Shown: piece after piece, positions 12,318-25,202 of the stretch
Layout: each line of letters starts with the position of its first letter
Position numbering within the stretch: the first letter of the stretch is position 1
Assembly (NCBI GenBank): GCA_000442015.1
Contig: KE560959.1
Location: 186,001 to 250,000, forward strand
Source of the DNA: Rozella allomycis CSF55
Lineage: Eukaryota
DNA length: 64,000 bases
Direction: 5' to 3'
Made by a program: the position numbers and the translations under genes
The notes under the pieces: model-generated
Seen by the model: the letters and a program-made list of their open reading frames with translations, nothing else
What the model was told of the DNA's origin: nothing
Database searches by the model: none

Positions 12318-14208
12318 ATGGTGTCTACTGAAGCTCTAAAAGCTATTCAGATGCATTTTGATTTGTCAGAATCTGAAATTGAATTATATCATAAGTACTT
12401 TTTGAAGTACGACCCCAGGTGGACAGGATCGATTTCAAAATCATCCGTGGCAAGAATATTGAAAGATCTAAGTATAACAATAGAAGAAACATTTTTTGAA
12501 GAGTTTTATGGACGATCTAAACTAAAATTTAACAGGGAAATAAGTGAAATCGAGTATTTAAAAGTAACACCTTCACTTGGACTAAATAGTTAATGGGCCG
12601 AATTCACAAGTTTACAAAAGAAAGAGAAATTTTATATTCAAAATCTCGGGCTAATCATGGATCTAAATTTAACCAGTTGCTTGATTTTGTGGCTGGGAGA
12701 TCTCCAAACGACTCTATGAGAAGTGGTACTATTTTTGCGAGGAAAAAAGATTTTTTGCCTGACGTAGAATCTTTAGGGCCGAATTCTTGGAGCATTAACA
12801 CGCGGGCAGAAAATTCCATGAAACATGTTATTGAGCCTACCAGTCCATACGATTTTGGCAAAGAAAACAAGGTTTTCGAGAAATATTTCAATGATGCTGA
12901 ATCTGAATGTTCTGAATATAACTACTTCGATGATGATGAAGACATGCTTTTCCTCGAACTTGAAAATATAAACTACATGGATATCAGACATGATTTGAAA
13001 AACAAAAAAGATTCATTTGACAATGAAAAAGTTATATTTTTAGACGACAAAGATGACGATGAAAAGAAGAAGATTTTTGATCAATTAGACAAGATTAGAA
13101 AAAGGAGAGAAGATGATGACTCTAGAAAGAGAACTATTAGAAAAAGTAAAGAAGATTTATCATTATCATTGCCAAGCGCTTTGATGGATCCAAAGGTTAG
13201 GAAGCAAATTTTAAAACAGAAAATTCACAAAGTACGAAAATAAGTTGCCTCGTTTATTTCTAGCCTTACTTTTTAATTTTCATGCTACTTGCATTGACAG
13301 TTATTATGATCGCTGAAATAGTTATGAACAAGGGATTTGAAAGTATTTCTGCCAACTACTTGTTTGGACCAAGTGCAATGACACTTGTCGGAATGGGCGG
13401 AAAGTATGTCCAGTGTATGAGAACAAATCATACAATAACACCGGAAGCTTTAACTCCGTGTGCTCCAGGTTACAATGGTCCTTCGAAAGTGTCCACCTCT
13501 AGCAATATGTGTCGATACTATGACTATATTAATGAATTGTGTGGATTTGGAGGATTCGCACAAAAATATAAACCCGATCAATGGTTTCGATTTTTCACCC
13601 CAATGTTTCTTCATAGTGGAATAATTCACTTGTTTTTGAACGCGTTGATGATCTATAGAAATGGGTTTCCTTTAGAAGAACAATTAGGCAGTTTTCGAAT
13701 GTCGATTCTCTACATCATCAGCGGCGTCGGAGGGATTCTTTTTTCTTGTCTTATGATCCCTACAAATAGTAAGATATTATTGCACATTAAAACCTTAGTT
13801 AGCGTTGGCGCCTCGAGTGCCATTTATGGTCTTTTTGGAATGCTATACTTGGATCTGTTCTTCAACTGGCCAATGCTTGTTCACCCTATGAAGGACTGTA
13901 TCATCGTCACAATGCAACTGGTGGTATCTTTTTCCATTGGGCTGCTTCCTGGGATTGATAATTTTGCTCATATAGGGGGTTTTATTACCGGTATACTAGC
14001 TAGTTGTATTCTTACACCTAAAATTTTCTACAGCAGCTGGGATAAAGGCCGTAAAATTATATTGATGATAATTTGCTTCCCAATTTTGGTTGGTCTTTTC
14101 CTATATGGATTTTTAGCGTTTTATAGCAACATATCTTCTACTGAAATATGTTCGTGGTGTAAATATCTAGATTGTCCCGTCCCTGATAATGCATTCTGTC
14201 AGCAATAA
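12318..14208 (+). CDS. Rhomboid intramembrane serine protease with an N-terminal EF-hand-like region
   Basis: Short introns near 12565-12590 and 13232-13263 join three ORFs in frame; QWFRFF, HSGIIHLFLN, catalytic GASS and AHIGG. Confidence 0.88.
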
Positions 14209-14253
14209 ACTTTTTAGAATTTTTATCAATTGAGCTTTTATGACGTTATCAAA

Positions 14254-14270
14254 ATAAACAAAGTAAACAA
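14254..14270 (+). promoter_or_regulatory. Tandem forkhead-type motifs (ATAAACA, GTAAACAA) abutting the FAM92 ATG
   Basis: Sequence aaaATAAACAaaGTAAACAATG. Confidence 0.4.
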
Positions 14271-15173
14271 TGTTGGGCTCCGGTGGGTAATTCAGCATTT
14301 TATTGTTTAAAAAGATCTGATGATTTGGCACGCTGGATAAAGAAACGAGTTCATAACACCGAGAAGTGTTTTGCGTTCTTTGAATCAGAACTTGGGGGTT
14401 ACCTAAGGAATCAAGGACGTAATATAAACATTTACATTGTCAAAGGAACGCGAGAAAAGAATTTGAAAATATCAGGTGTTTTAAAAAACATTTCTGATCT
14501 TGAAACACCAAACTTGAATGCTGCTTTAGAAAATGTGGCACTTGCCTTTGATGCAGTTGAGCAGCATAGAAAAATTATGGTAATAGACTTTGTTGGACCT
14601 GATTAGATTGACAGGATGGATGTTCGTGCAAAACAAAACCTACATTTATATAAAATAATATGTAAAAGTGTAAAGGTAAGTGGCTCACAAGATCATTATT
14701 TTAAAGGATGAACTGAAACTGAGAGAAAATGCAGTGACAAAAGAAACAAAGAAGCAGCAGGCACTTGAAAAAGCTACGATTAAATCAGGAATTGATAAGA
14801 CTAAAATAGTACATCTAATTAAGGAAATATAATGTTAGGTTCAAGTAACTAATGATTATTTTAATGTTAGTCACAATTAGAGTTGGCAGGGGCAAATCAA
14901 GAAGTTGTTCACAGCAACCTTGCTCTAACTGAACATGTTGAACGCTTTGAAACACAGAAAATGTTAGATATCAAGGTGATTTTTATATTTTCCATTAAAA
15001 AGTCCATTTTAGAAGAAATTCTCTATTCTGAAATGGTTTTTCACGCAAAAAGCCTCGAACTGTATTCTGAAGCTAAAAACATACTTCAAGCGGCAAATAT
15101 AGAAGAAGACATTGAATATATGAATGAAAGATTAAAGTTTACCCATGAAGAAGATTTAATAAAAAAACAATAA
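14270..15173 (+). CDS. FAM92: FAM92/CIBAR ciliary BAR-domain protein
   Basis: FETQKMLDIKSILEEILYSEMVFHAKSLELYSEA...IEEDIE matches the FAM92 C-terminal region; 7 short introns including a 6-nt microexon. Confidence 0.8.
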
Positions 15174-15187
15174 GTGGACATCTTTAT

Positions 15188-15802
15188 TTAAAGAGACAAT
15201 TCCATAATCGCTGTCACCACATCGTTGTTATTTTCTCTTAGAGCCTTAATCGCTTTATTTCTGCTGCAATTGGTTTGGGACATTATCATGTCTATATCAG
15301 ATGAATCAAGTCCGGTTGCGTCAGCATCATTCTCATTGTCATCTTCCTCTTCTTTGACCTCAGCCTTAGTTTCTACTTTCTCTTCAGTTTTTTCTTCACT
15401 AGCTTTAAACCTTTCTGCGGCAGCAGCAGCTTGGCTGGCGGCGCTCAAGTCTTCGACACGTGCTTCCCCAAATACGATATAAGTGCCGTTAAGTGGATTT
15501 TTGTAAACTTCGGGATGAGCAATAGAAAAGACAATCTAATAGTAATATAAATGTATTTTTACGTTCTTTGAGCGTTTCATTGTTAAGCGAGTAATTCCAG
15601 TGATGCGTTTTAATCCCAATTTGAGAAGAGCTTTGCGGGCTTTCTTTTCTCCGCGAGAAACTTTGACTCCTTGGGCGTTTGTAGAATGTTCATGACCTTC
15701 TTCGTCACTGTCACTTTCATGAGCACAATCGTCGTCGTGCTTGCAGTTAGCAGTGTGTTTATGAGTTTCGGAGACAACAGCGTTCATTTCGTCTAAAGTC
15801 AT
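15188..15802 (-). CDS. EGD2: Nascent polypeptide-associated complex alpha subunit
   Basis: [29 protein letters not shown] and a C-terminal UBA ([34 protein letters not shown]). Confidence 0.95.
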
Positions 15803-15989
15803 TTTGCCCTGAGAAGAAAATGTGGCGTTTAACTTGGACAAGGGTACAGTTTAGGTAGAGCGTTTGACTGAGGCCACTTTTCAATTTACTGGTCAAGTGG
15901 TCATATTGTAGAATTAACAGCAAAATTGAAAAAAGTTTTTACGTTAGACTTCTTGCATTGGACTCTAGTAATCTAAGCCACCGATTGAA

Positions 15990-16665
15990 ATGATATTGAA
16001 TCTAATGGAATATCTAATCTCTGTCATTTTTCTACTCTCTTTGAATCAAACGTCTGCATTTCATGTTGATGAAGAATTCAAATACGTTACGCTTGGAAGT
16101 TTGATAAAGTTAACACATAAATCGACTTCCTACAAACTCCATTCTCATAATGTTATGTATTCTACGGGAAGCCAGCAACAGGTAGCATTTATATTATGAA
16201 TTTGTAGTCTGTAACAGCTTATAAAAATGTAGACGATTCTAATAGTCTATTTATTGTGATTGGGCCATTTGGTGATTCATATCATAGAGGGTAAGAGATT
16301 GTAACAAACTTAAAAGTCAAAAAATTAAATGTGGGCAAAATATACGTTTGAAACATTCAGAAACCAAGAAGTACTTACATAGTCATTACCACACGTCAGT
16401 TTTGTCTAATAACCAAGAAATCAGTGCATATGAAGGATCCGACAGTGGAGATAATTGGACATTGGAGTGTTCAAAAACTTTTTGGGAGAGAGAGAATGAT
16501 GTGCGACTAAAGCATGCTGACACCAAAATGTATTTGACGACTAGTTCAAGCTATTCTTTCACGCAAGGCCCCATACCCGGGCAATTAGAAGTGCATGGAT
16601 ACGCTATAAAAAATAATAATAACATTTGGATTGCCCAAGAAGGCTATTACTTTCAACAAGAGTAG
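15990..16665 (+). CDS. SDF2: SDF2-like MIR-domain ER protein
   Basis: Signal peptide, VTLGSLIKL, LHSHNVMYSTGSQQQSVT, GDNW, PIPGQLEV, WIAQEG. Confidence 0.9.
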
Positions 16666-16679
16666 AAAATAAAGATCAA

Positions 16680-19600
16680 TTATTTGGACTTTATATACTG
16701 TGCAAGAGTTTCGCTTAATTCATTATATCCTTTTTCTAAATCTGCTTGATATTCCAATTGATCGTGTTTGATCATCATTCTATTCAATTTGATGGCTCTT
16801 TCGCAGACTTGAGTAAATTTTTCAAATAGTGATTGCAATTCAGTAATTTTTTCGGTAGGATAAAAATCCCGTTGTGTATGATCAAGAAAAACCTTTGCGA
16901 TTTCCAATGGGCCAGCGTTGACTTGCAAACGGACACTTCCTTGCAAAACCATTTGTAAAGTTTTGATATTTACAACAGTGCTATCTAATATTTTAGACAA
17001 TTTATCACATCTAAGCTTGATAGCTTCGATTGCAACGTCGATCGGTTCCATATTGACCTTTTGAATTTAAATATTGACGTTACCTCATTCTTGGATTCTA
17101 TCGTCAATCGAGACGAGCAAAACGGAAAGGGAACGTTTGTTTTCAAATAAATCTTCTTTTTACATTGAGAACTAATAGTGCCATGAGATTTACCAGACAG
17201 CGTATAGGGAACTTCATATATGAATGAATCTATGAAAATGGCAACTACATTAGACTACCTATAAAGAAGTCGTTGTAATCGTAATATTTATTATGTGCTT
17301 TCTTCTTGGGGATTGGATCAACATAGTTAATACCGAGGTAGATACATCCATCATCCATTTCAGATTCCTCGAATTTCCTGCCTTTTAAAATTTTGACTTT
17401 ATGATTATTTAAATTCAAATAATATCCTTCTATGTATTCACAAAATGTAGCTAGCGTTGTGAATGGCTTTTGGCGAAAGATGTATTCCTTATCATGAAGG
17501 GTCGGATAAAAGGGACAATAAAAGTGAATGTAATAAAACGATCCAAAACATCTCTTGGATATTTTTTCTGCTTTTATTAGATTTTCAAAAAGATCTTTTA
17601 GCAGTCCATGAGTTTTCATTAAATTTTGATTGTCATGGTTTTTTTCATATAGATGTAATACTATCTTAAAAATTTCAAAAGCCACTTCAAACATTCCGGC
17701 CTGAGAAAACAAGGAAGACGCACTCTCAAGCATGGCTATTAAATTTGATTCAGAAAAATGATCATTTTGACAAATTCCATCCTCCTCAAAGTTTAACTCA
17801 TCACTAAAGCATATGGATTCATCAATAAATGGAAATAAGATTGTAAAATCTTTAGACCCTTTTGGCTTGGTGTACTGCGCACATGTCCTATTTAAATACT
17901 CAGCTATTAAAGCACAACAATGTAATTTTGCAATTGCAGCTTCGCAAAAAAAGGAATTCTTTGTTAAATTATGAGTTGCATTACCCTTTCATGGAGAAGT
18001 GAGAGGTCAAGAAAGGTCAATAAGCGAAGGTCTGGAGTTCCAACATGGCAATTTGCCAAGCTATAATATACATCTGCAAGATTATAATAGTCATTAGCAA
18101 ATTCATCTAGTTTTACTGAATCTTTTACCACTTGCTTTAATATGTCCGAAAACTGGATTATTTCTTCTTTAAAAAAGACTGATATTTGCTTTGGATCATT
18201 TTCCGCTAAAATTCGTAACTTATCCAGTGTCGTTGAAAACTTTGTGCCAGGCTTTAAATTGTACAGAGCTAGTGTCATTTGAATTTTGACCTTGTTAAAA
18301 TTTTTGCCTGTAATTCTCATATTCATCTTCAGCATTAGATACAAAAGAGATATCGCTTTATTTTGAACACTAACATTCAAAGATGTACACTTTTTCATCA
18401 ATTCATGGCATAAATCATAACAAAGATTATTTCTGGTTTTAAAAATACCAATCGAGTTCGATAATTAAGTAACTCAAACTTTTACTTTCTGAATAAATAT
18501 TTTTATTGCATCAAATAGAACAAGCAATGCATCTATGCTTTGGTTTAAAGACAAGGGGTTAATGGGAATCCTTCCAATGATTACTAAATCATTTTTATCA
18601 TTAATTGTCTCTTTATTTAGAGCCAGGAATACATTAATTGATATGCAGCACATTTTGTAGGAGGTCCATCCTTCCAGTTTTACTTCTCTCTTTACGTTAC
18701 GAAGATTGTAAACTGTTTGAGTTGAATTAATGGACGCATGCTTTCGAGTCACTAGTGTATTGAATAGGATATTCCTACAAGTATTGGATTTTTGTTTGAG
18801 GGTTTCCCTTATTTCCCTTAGTGACTGTCCAGGAGCATTGCTCTTGAATAAATCTTCGATATATTTCTTTGAAACATAATTTTATGCAGGTTACTTTGGC
18901 TTCAGTCGCAGTGCTCTTCAGCGAATGGCTAGACGCTATAAACTTCTCTTCTAAAATTTTCTTTCCAGGATACAGTTATTCTATCACAAAAAAACCTTTA
19001 CTTGGAAAACAGTGTTTGCGAATGCTAATATCTCGCAAAAGTTGAATAACTTGTTATGTTGCGGATCGTTCGAATACAGCCAGTCCACAAGTATATTCAA
19101 AGAGATATTATTTAGAATATGAAATACTATCAAAGAAATTAATTTTCTTTCGCTTTCATTAAAGTTTGCAGGATCTATAACGTAAGCATGAAATTGACAA
19201 ATTTCAGTAGCGAAAGGAAAGAACATCAAAGATATTCTTTGCTTCCATTCTCGGTCTTGATACCTATCATCGAATTCTATTTTGCATAAAAGGTCTTTAA
19301 AAGTGCTTAAAGCCTTTAATCGAACCTCCTGAGACGTGTGAGTAATATCTCGCAAAACTTCATGAACCACGTGCCCTGGAAGATAGTACCTTTTCCTATT
19401 CATGTTTTACAGTTAATATATACCAAAATTCTTTAGGTACATTTTCAATTTCACAAAATTTAATGTCACTGTACACTTGTAGTGGCAAAGAGAGTACAAT
19501 AAAGACCTCGCTGGAACAAATAGTTTTGATAAAATCATATTTCAAAAAGTACAAACTTTCCTTATCTTTCTCGGAGAGCTCTATTATATGCTGAGAAACC

Positions 19601-22463
19601 TGATTCTCTTAGTTCTAAATGTAAGTACCAGTTCATAGATAATTGACCTTGGTAATACCGAAAAACAATTTGTTAGAAATTGTGCTAGTCCATCGTTCAA
19701 TTGTCTAGCAGCGCCAAACCCTGAAACGCACCTTCTCAAGACTATTTCCACAGGAAACAATATTCTTACTTTCTTGAGTTAATTCAGGGACCAGTAAACA
19801 CAATTCCGAGATGAACTGGTCTTCTTTGTTTATTGTACTTTCCTTTTTATAATCCAAGAATTGAATCATTGATTTAAGAACTGTTTCAAAAACAAACCAA
19901 GAAGAAATAATATACTCCTTATGAAGTGGATTCTAAATGTTTCAATTTAGCTTTGATTACACATTCCAATAACATCTCCCTCCATAGCTTTATTATTTCG
20001 TAATGATATTTAAACTTCCATGATATGTTGATTCTGAAATATAACTGTACATAACGTTCTAGATTCTCTGTGTGTTTTAACTGCGGATCTTTCTGAATTC
20101 TAAATTGTTATCTATAGGCGAAACTCATTACTTGCTGACAAGCATGCAGATCCCCAGAAAAGCTGAATACTGTAATTCTTTACATGCAGATTCACAAATA
20201 ATGAAAATTAAAGCCTCAAGTATAGGGATCATAAATTTCAGCAAATCAAAGGAATCAGTGTTTTTCAGACTATCAATTTTCTGAATCCCTGATTTTTCAA
20301 TCAAAGAGTCACCAGGTATACGATTACTAAACCAGCCAAAAAAATCTCCTATTTTGTTATTTTGAGTAAGAAATGAAGAGTCCAGTTTAATGGAGACCTT
20401 TAATAAAGGTCTTTTACTATCTAGCCATTTCATATAAGGATGTGTCTCAAGATTAAGATAATCATTTGCTAATTCCGAAGCTACAGGTATTTCATATTGG
20501 CCATCTTCAATAACTCCATTCCTCTATATTACAATATACAATCTTACATTTCTGTATTTTTTAGTTTTAAATAAGAGTAACCAACAATCTCATGCTCTGA
20601 TTTCACATTATTAAGCCTAGATTTACAAGACACGTGATAGAATGTAAACAATATATGCTCTTCGTCGTTCACTTCGGGATTCAAAAATATTTTTATTTCA
20701 TCTGAAAAATTTGGATATTTATTATGATAAGTAACCGTGGATATTGAAAATTCCGCCCAATCAGCGATTCCATCGTTGCGAAAGATCGTTTTCTGAGCCT
20801 TTCCATCTCTAATATGCTCAATTTTACACATAATATTCCTTGCCCTGCCCATTGCTTTTCGCAGATCAACTTCGTGAATGTAAACGTACATTAGATTCTT
20901 AAATTCATAATCATTGACTACCTTTTCCGGTAAAAGTCCGACTTCATACGATAAAACAGGCAGTTTTTCATTAAAATTTATATGTTTGAATAGATGACAA
21001 TTAACTGTATTTGAGCTTTGTTCTTTTATCAATTTTTCATTTTCTAAAAGACGAGATGTAATGTCAATAAATGCTTCGGGGTATTTTTTATTATGCTTGT
21101 TGTTAAAGCCTCCCACATTTACTTCTGAAAGTACTTCACGCAGATAAGTATTAAAATTCCTATCATTTTGTATCCTAAATATAGGTAGTTCTCGTTTTTG
21201 ATCTTTTTCTCGGACCACTTCTGAAACTAAATAGTAACTCCAACCAAATGATTGCCATATTTGAGACGAAGTAATGGAACATAGTCTTGAACCAAAGCTT
21301 TCGTCATATTTTGCCTTGGGATTCACATACTTGTCGATGACAGCATTAAAATCACTCTCTAGTATTTTGTCAACTTTAAATATTAAGCATAATTCACAAT
21401 TTGAAACTGGTAAATTGAAAACAAATCTCTTCAATAAAGTATCGTATTCATGACCAAATGTCGATGTTAATTTATCCGGGATGATTAATGTATAAATGGT
21501 CTCTGTTACACGCCTTCCTTGTGAAAAATCATAAAGATAGGTCGATATTCTAAAAATTTCGAGCAGTCCTATCTTGGTCCTCAAACCTGAAACGTCAATT
21601 ACAAACGACGGCCTAAATTATCTCCTTTAATATTAAATACCTTCTATTAACATCAATATCAGTTTCTTCATGCTCTGATAACATGTTATTTTCTAATTCT
21701 GGAAATGCATGTAAATCCGGATCATTGTATACACAAAATAGGCTAGGGATGTGATGCTTATGGCGCCTTATATTTTAGATTACTTTTATTAAAGATTTAT
21801 TCCACATAGAAAAGTCAATGTCAAAAAAGGTTAAATCAAAATCCTCTGTGATGGACTTAAATGCCAAATTTTCAAATTCATTAATAATATTAAAATCTTT
21901 AGAATCTAAAACCAACAACTTGAAATTATACTTTTCTCATCAATCTCAAAAACAAGGTTTTCGAACTTGGAATCCGCTGAACCAAGTTTCTCCCTCATAT
22001 TCGGGTGAGCTCTATACATCCCAATTTTTCTCCTTAATGTTACCCAAAACTTAGTTTCAAAATAGTTCATCAAGCTCTTCTGGTAAAAAGGTATCTCATT
22101 ATCATTCTTCTTTTGAATTTGAAATCGAAATACCTTTTGAAAATTAGGTGTAAAGGATAATTCTTTTTCAATATGGTATATTTGTAAAATATTTTGAGGA
22201 AATTGTAGATAGTCCTTAAAACGGTCATGTACTAAGGCGGCCTATTTTCAAAAGAACACTCTTTTACTTTAGATGTCACCTTCCAATATTCTATATGTTC
22301 TTGCACCGAAAGTCTTATGTATTTCTAAAAAATACAGGCATAAAAATTTTACTTCCACTGAATAAGGTTTAGATAAATCAGAGGCATATGTGCTGCCCCC
22401 ATCCTCACCAAATGATGAAAATATACTTGACCTAGACTTAGTTTGAAAGCTTTGATTATCCAT
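16680..22463 (-). CDS. DOCK-C/D (DOCK6-11-like) Rho-family GEF
   Basis: DHR-1 (YHNKYPNFSDEIKI, HILFTFYHVSC) and DHR-2 (LQMVLQGSVRLQVNAGPLEIAKVFL); many short introns, two with non-AG acceptors. Confidence 0.92.
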
Positions 22464-22529
22464 AAACGGAGGGTACCTTGATAAGGCAATAAATTGTTTT
22501 TTACAAGTGGATTTTCAAAATAGTAAACA

Positions 22530-23714
22530 ATGGGTCAATCAGAAGATGTAATTTGTGTCACTTCATTTCAATCAGGCTTTACAAATTAAGAGCGCTCTAC
22601 AAATAAAAATAAGCACAGTAATGTTCTATGTCACTTTCAAGTTGCTAATGCATACCCCCAACCGCTCTGATGACGAAGAAAAGCTTTTGGCAGGGCTTTT
22701 AAAAATAGAAGAGCTAGACAAGATTTTAAAAGAAAAATCTAATGTATTACATATTCAATTCATCAAAATAGCTGGAAAAGAACATGGAGAAGCAAACTCA
22801 TGATGATGGCAAAGTTGATGTTATTGAAACTATGGGTCTTGATGATCCTGATAATAATAGTATATTTATGACAAGTCCCGAATATAAAAATAGTCCAACA
22901 AAGAGAAATTCTTTTCAAAAGGATGTTCTTCTCAAAGGTCTCTGAATAAAGTGTGTCTATTTGTAGATAATAGGAAGCCACTCGAAATAAAACTAGGAAC
23001 ATTTGAGAAAAGGAACATTGAAGTATATAAAAAAATAAACTTAAATTCTTGTTAGGACCAAATGCCAGATACTTCACTGCATTAACACCAGACGAAAAGT
23101 GCAGGATTTCCAATATAATGAAAATTCTTGATTATGATGACACGGTATTGTATTTCTTTGTGACTAATAGGTTAACCTTGATGAAGAGAGCGCAACTCCA
23201 AGTGTGGGAAACGAAGATTACTTAAATTTCATCAATGGATACCTTCCAGATAAAAAGGCTTTGGAGTCAATAGTTTGCATAGACCAGTATTAATCGGTGA
23301 TTTTTTTATTGAGAAAACTTCAAAATTTAGTACCTTCCTCAGAGTGGGAAGGCAAAGGCTTGCAGCCGTCACAGTCAAGAAATTATTCATCTCTTAGTTT
23401 CACTGACTCAATCTCTTATATACATTGTGGGGCAGATGTAGAATCAATTTCTACAATCAGAGGTATATAAATGATACCTGGCACATTTAGACTTGGAATC
23501 TATCATTTGCGAAGAGAATCCCTCCAACTATATGTCGAAAAAAATAACAAATGATCGCAAAAGAATAGCAGACATAGATAAGAAAATAGAGGAACTAAAG
23601 ATTTCATTAAATGATATATTTTCAAATGTATTGAATTATATGACACTTTCTTAGAGTATTCTAGAAAAGATTCTTGTTAAGAGTAAACATGAATTTATAA
23701 CATCCGATGAATAA
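22530..23714 (+). CDS. FSIP1-like coiled-coil protein (putatively flagellar)
   Basis: LLKIEELDKILKEK, FEKRNIELG...LTPDEKCRI and IADIDKKIEEL resemble remembered FSIP1 blocks. Confidence 0.5.
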
Positions 23715-24114
23715 AACGTGTCATTGATTTACTTACTATTTTGGCACATCAAGTCTTGAATCTTGATCTCATTCTCTTTTCAATCAAACTCTTTCTTTTA
23801 AGTTTTAATTGTATTTTTAAATCTTCTTTTGTTGTAACATTTTTTAATAGATTTAAAAAATCATTTAGGGCCTGGTAGGAGTAAAAAACCTTAAATTGTT
23901 CTTCAAAAACTAGGAATGAGTATGAGGATGTCTATTTCTTCCTTCGAAGGCTTTTCTGGGTTCAACGTTTCTTGTAATATATATCAACTTTTTTATTGAT
24001 TAATTAAATGTTCTGGCTGATTCTCCGACAAAGTTCTCTTGAAGGCTTCATGAATATAGAACAAAATTGGATCAAACAGAATTTTCGTCATTTTCCAAAA
24101 TCCTACAAGATAAA

Positions 24115-25178
24115 ATGTTCACCAGTTTTTCAAACTATCTGTCACACTTTACGCAGCAATATCGTTGTTATTCTATGATTATGCTAAGAAAAGGTGACCG
24201 TCCTGAACTAAACCACGGAGGAAAAAGTAAGATCTTTGACTAGTTCAAACCAGTAATTATGCCTCCATCTGCCCTGGAAAGGCTCGGTAAATAATATTTA
24301 CAGAAAATAAATAGCTGGCTTAAATATAGCGTATCCCATGTTGTTTCAGCTTAGGAATGAAGAAACAAGGAAGGTCACGCACGCTGGTGTTTTGGAATTC
24401 ATTGCTGAAGAAGGTAGAGTCTACATACCACAGTGGGTATTTTAGTTGACAATTATTTATTAGATGATGGAAACTTTATTTCTTCAAGAAGGTCAGTTAA
24501 TATCATTGGAAAATGTTACATTACCACTGGGGAAGTTTATTAAAATACAGCCTCAATCTATTGACTTTTTGGATATACATGATCCAAAAGCAGTGTAATG
24601 AAGGTAATTTTAAAGCAATAGATTGGAAAATTCTCTACGAAATTTCGCTGCCCTCACTCAAGGAGACATTATAAGTATATTGTACAACCAAACAGTTTAC
24701 GAACTGTTATTGTTAGAGGTTCAACCATCGGGTAGTGGCATCTGTATTCATGAAACCGATTTGGAGGTAGATTTCGCTGCACCTTTAGGATATGTTGAAC
24801 CAGATTATCAAAAACCGAGAGGAAAGTCTATTGTAAGATTGATGAGTGTAATTGACCATAGATAAATTCACTTGAGATATGCTCTTTACCTAGCAAATCG
24901 TCGTTCTTAGGGAAAGGACAAAAATTGAGAAATAGAAAGTAAAGATCACTATGAAATTCAAAAGGAAAAAAGAAACAGATGATGCTTCTGGAGTAAATAC
25001 TCCCAATCTAACGGACGAAGAAATTCGAGATCTTTTAAAAGGCGATGAGCCCCTTGCATTAACAATCCCGAATAACAAGTTATTTTTTGGGTTCCCAGTT
25101 ACTCCATTTGCTAAGGGGAAAGATCTACCTGGCGATAATGTACCTGAAGGTCGGGTTTTGAAGAAAAGGCCGGAATAA
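24115..25178 (+). CDS. UFD1: Ubiquitin fusion degradation protein 1
   Basis: QYRCYS, GGKIIMPPSAL, THAGVLEFIAEEG, LENSLRNFAALTQGD, ETDLEVDFAAPLGY and a fungal-type KLFFG tail. Confidence 0.95.
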
Positions 25179-25202
25179 AAAAATATTTTTGAAATTTCTT
25201 TA

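Noticed and set aside
22017-22043. Further GT-TG intron in the DOCK 5' region
   Set aside because: The frame reads through without stops (FWVTLRRKIGMYR), so no intron is required.
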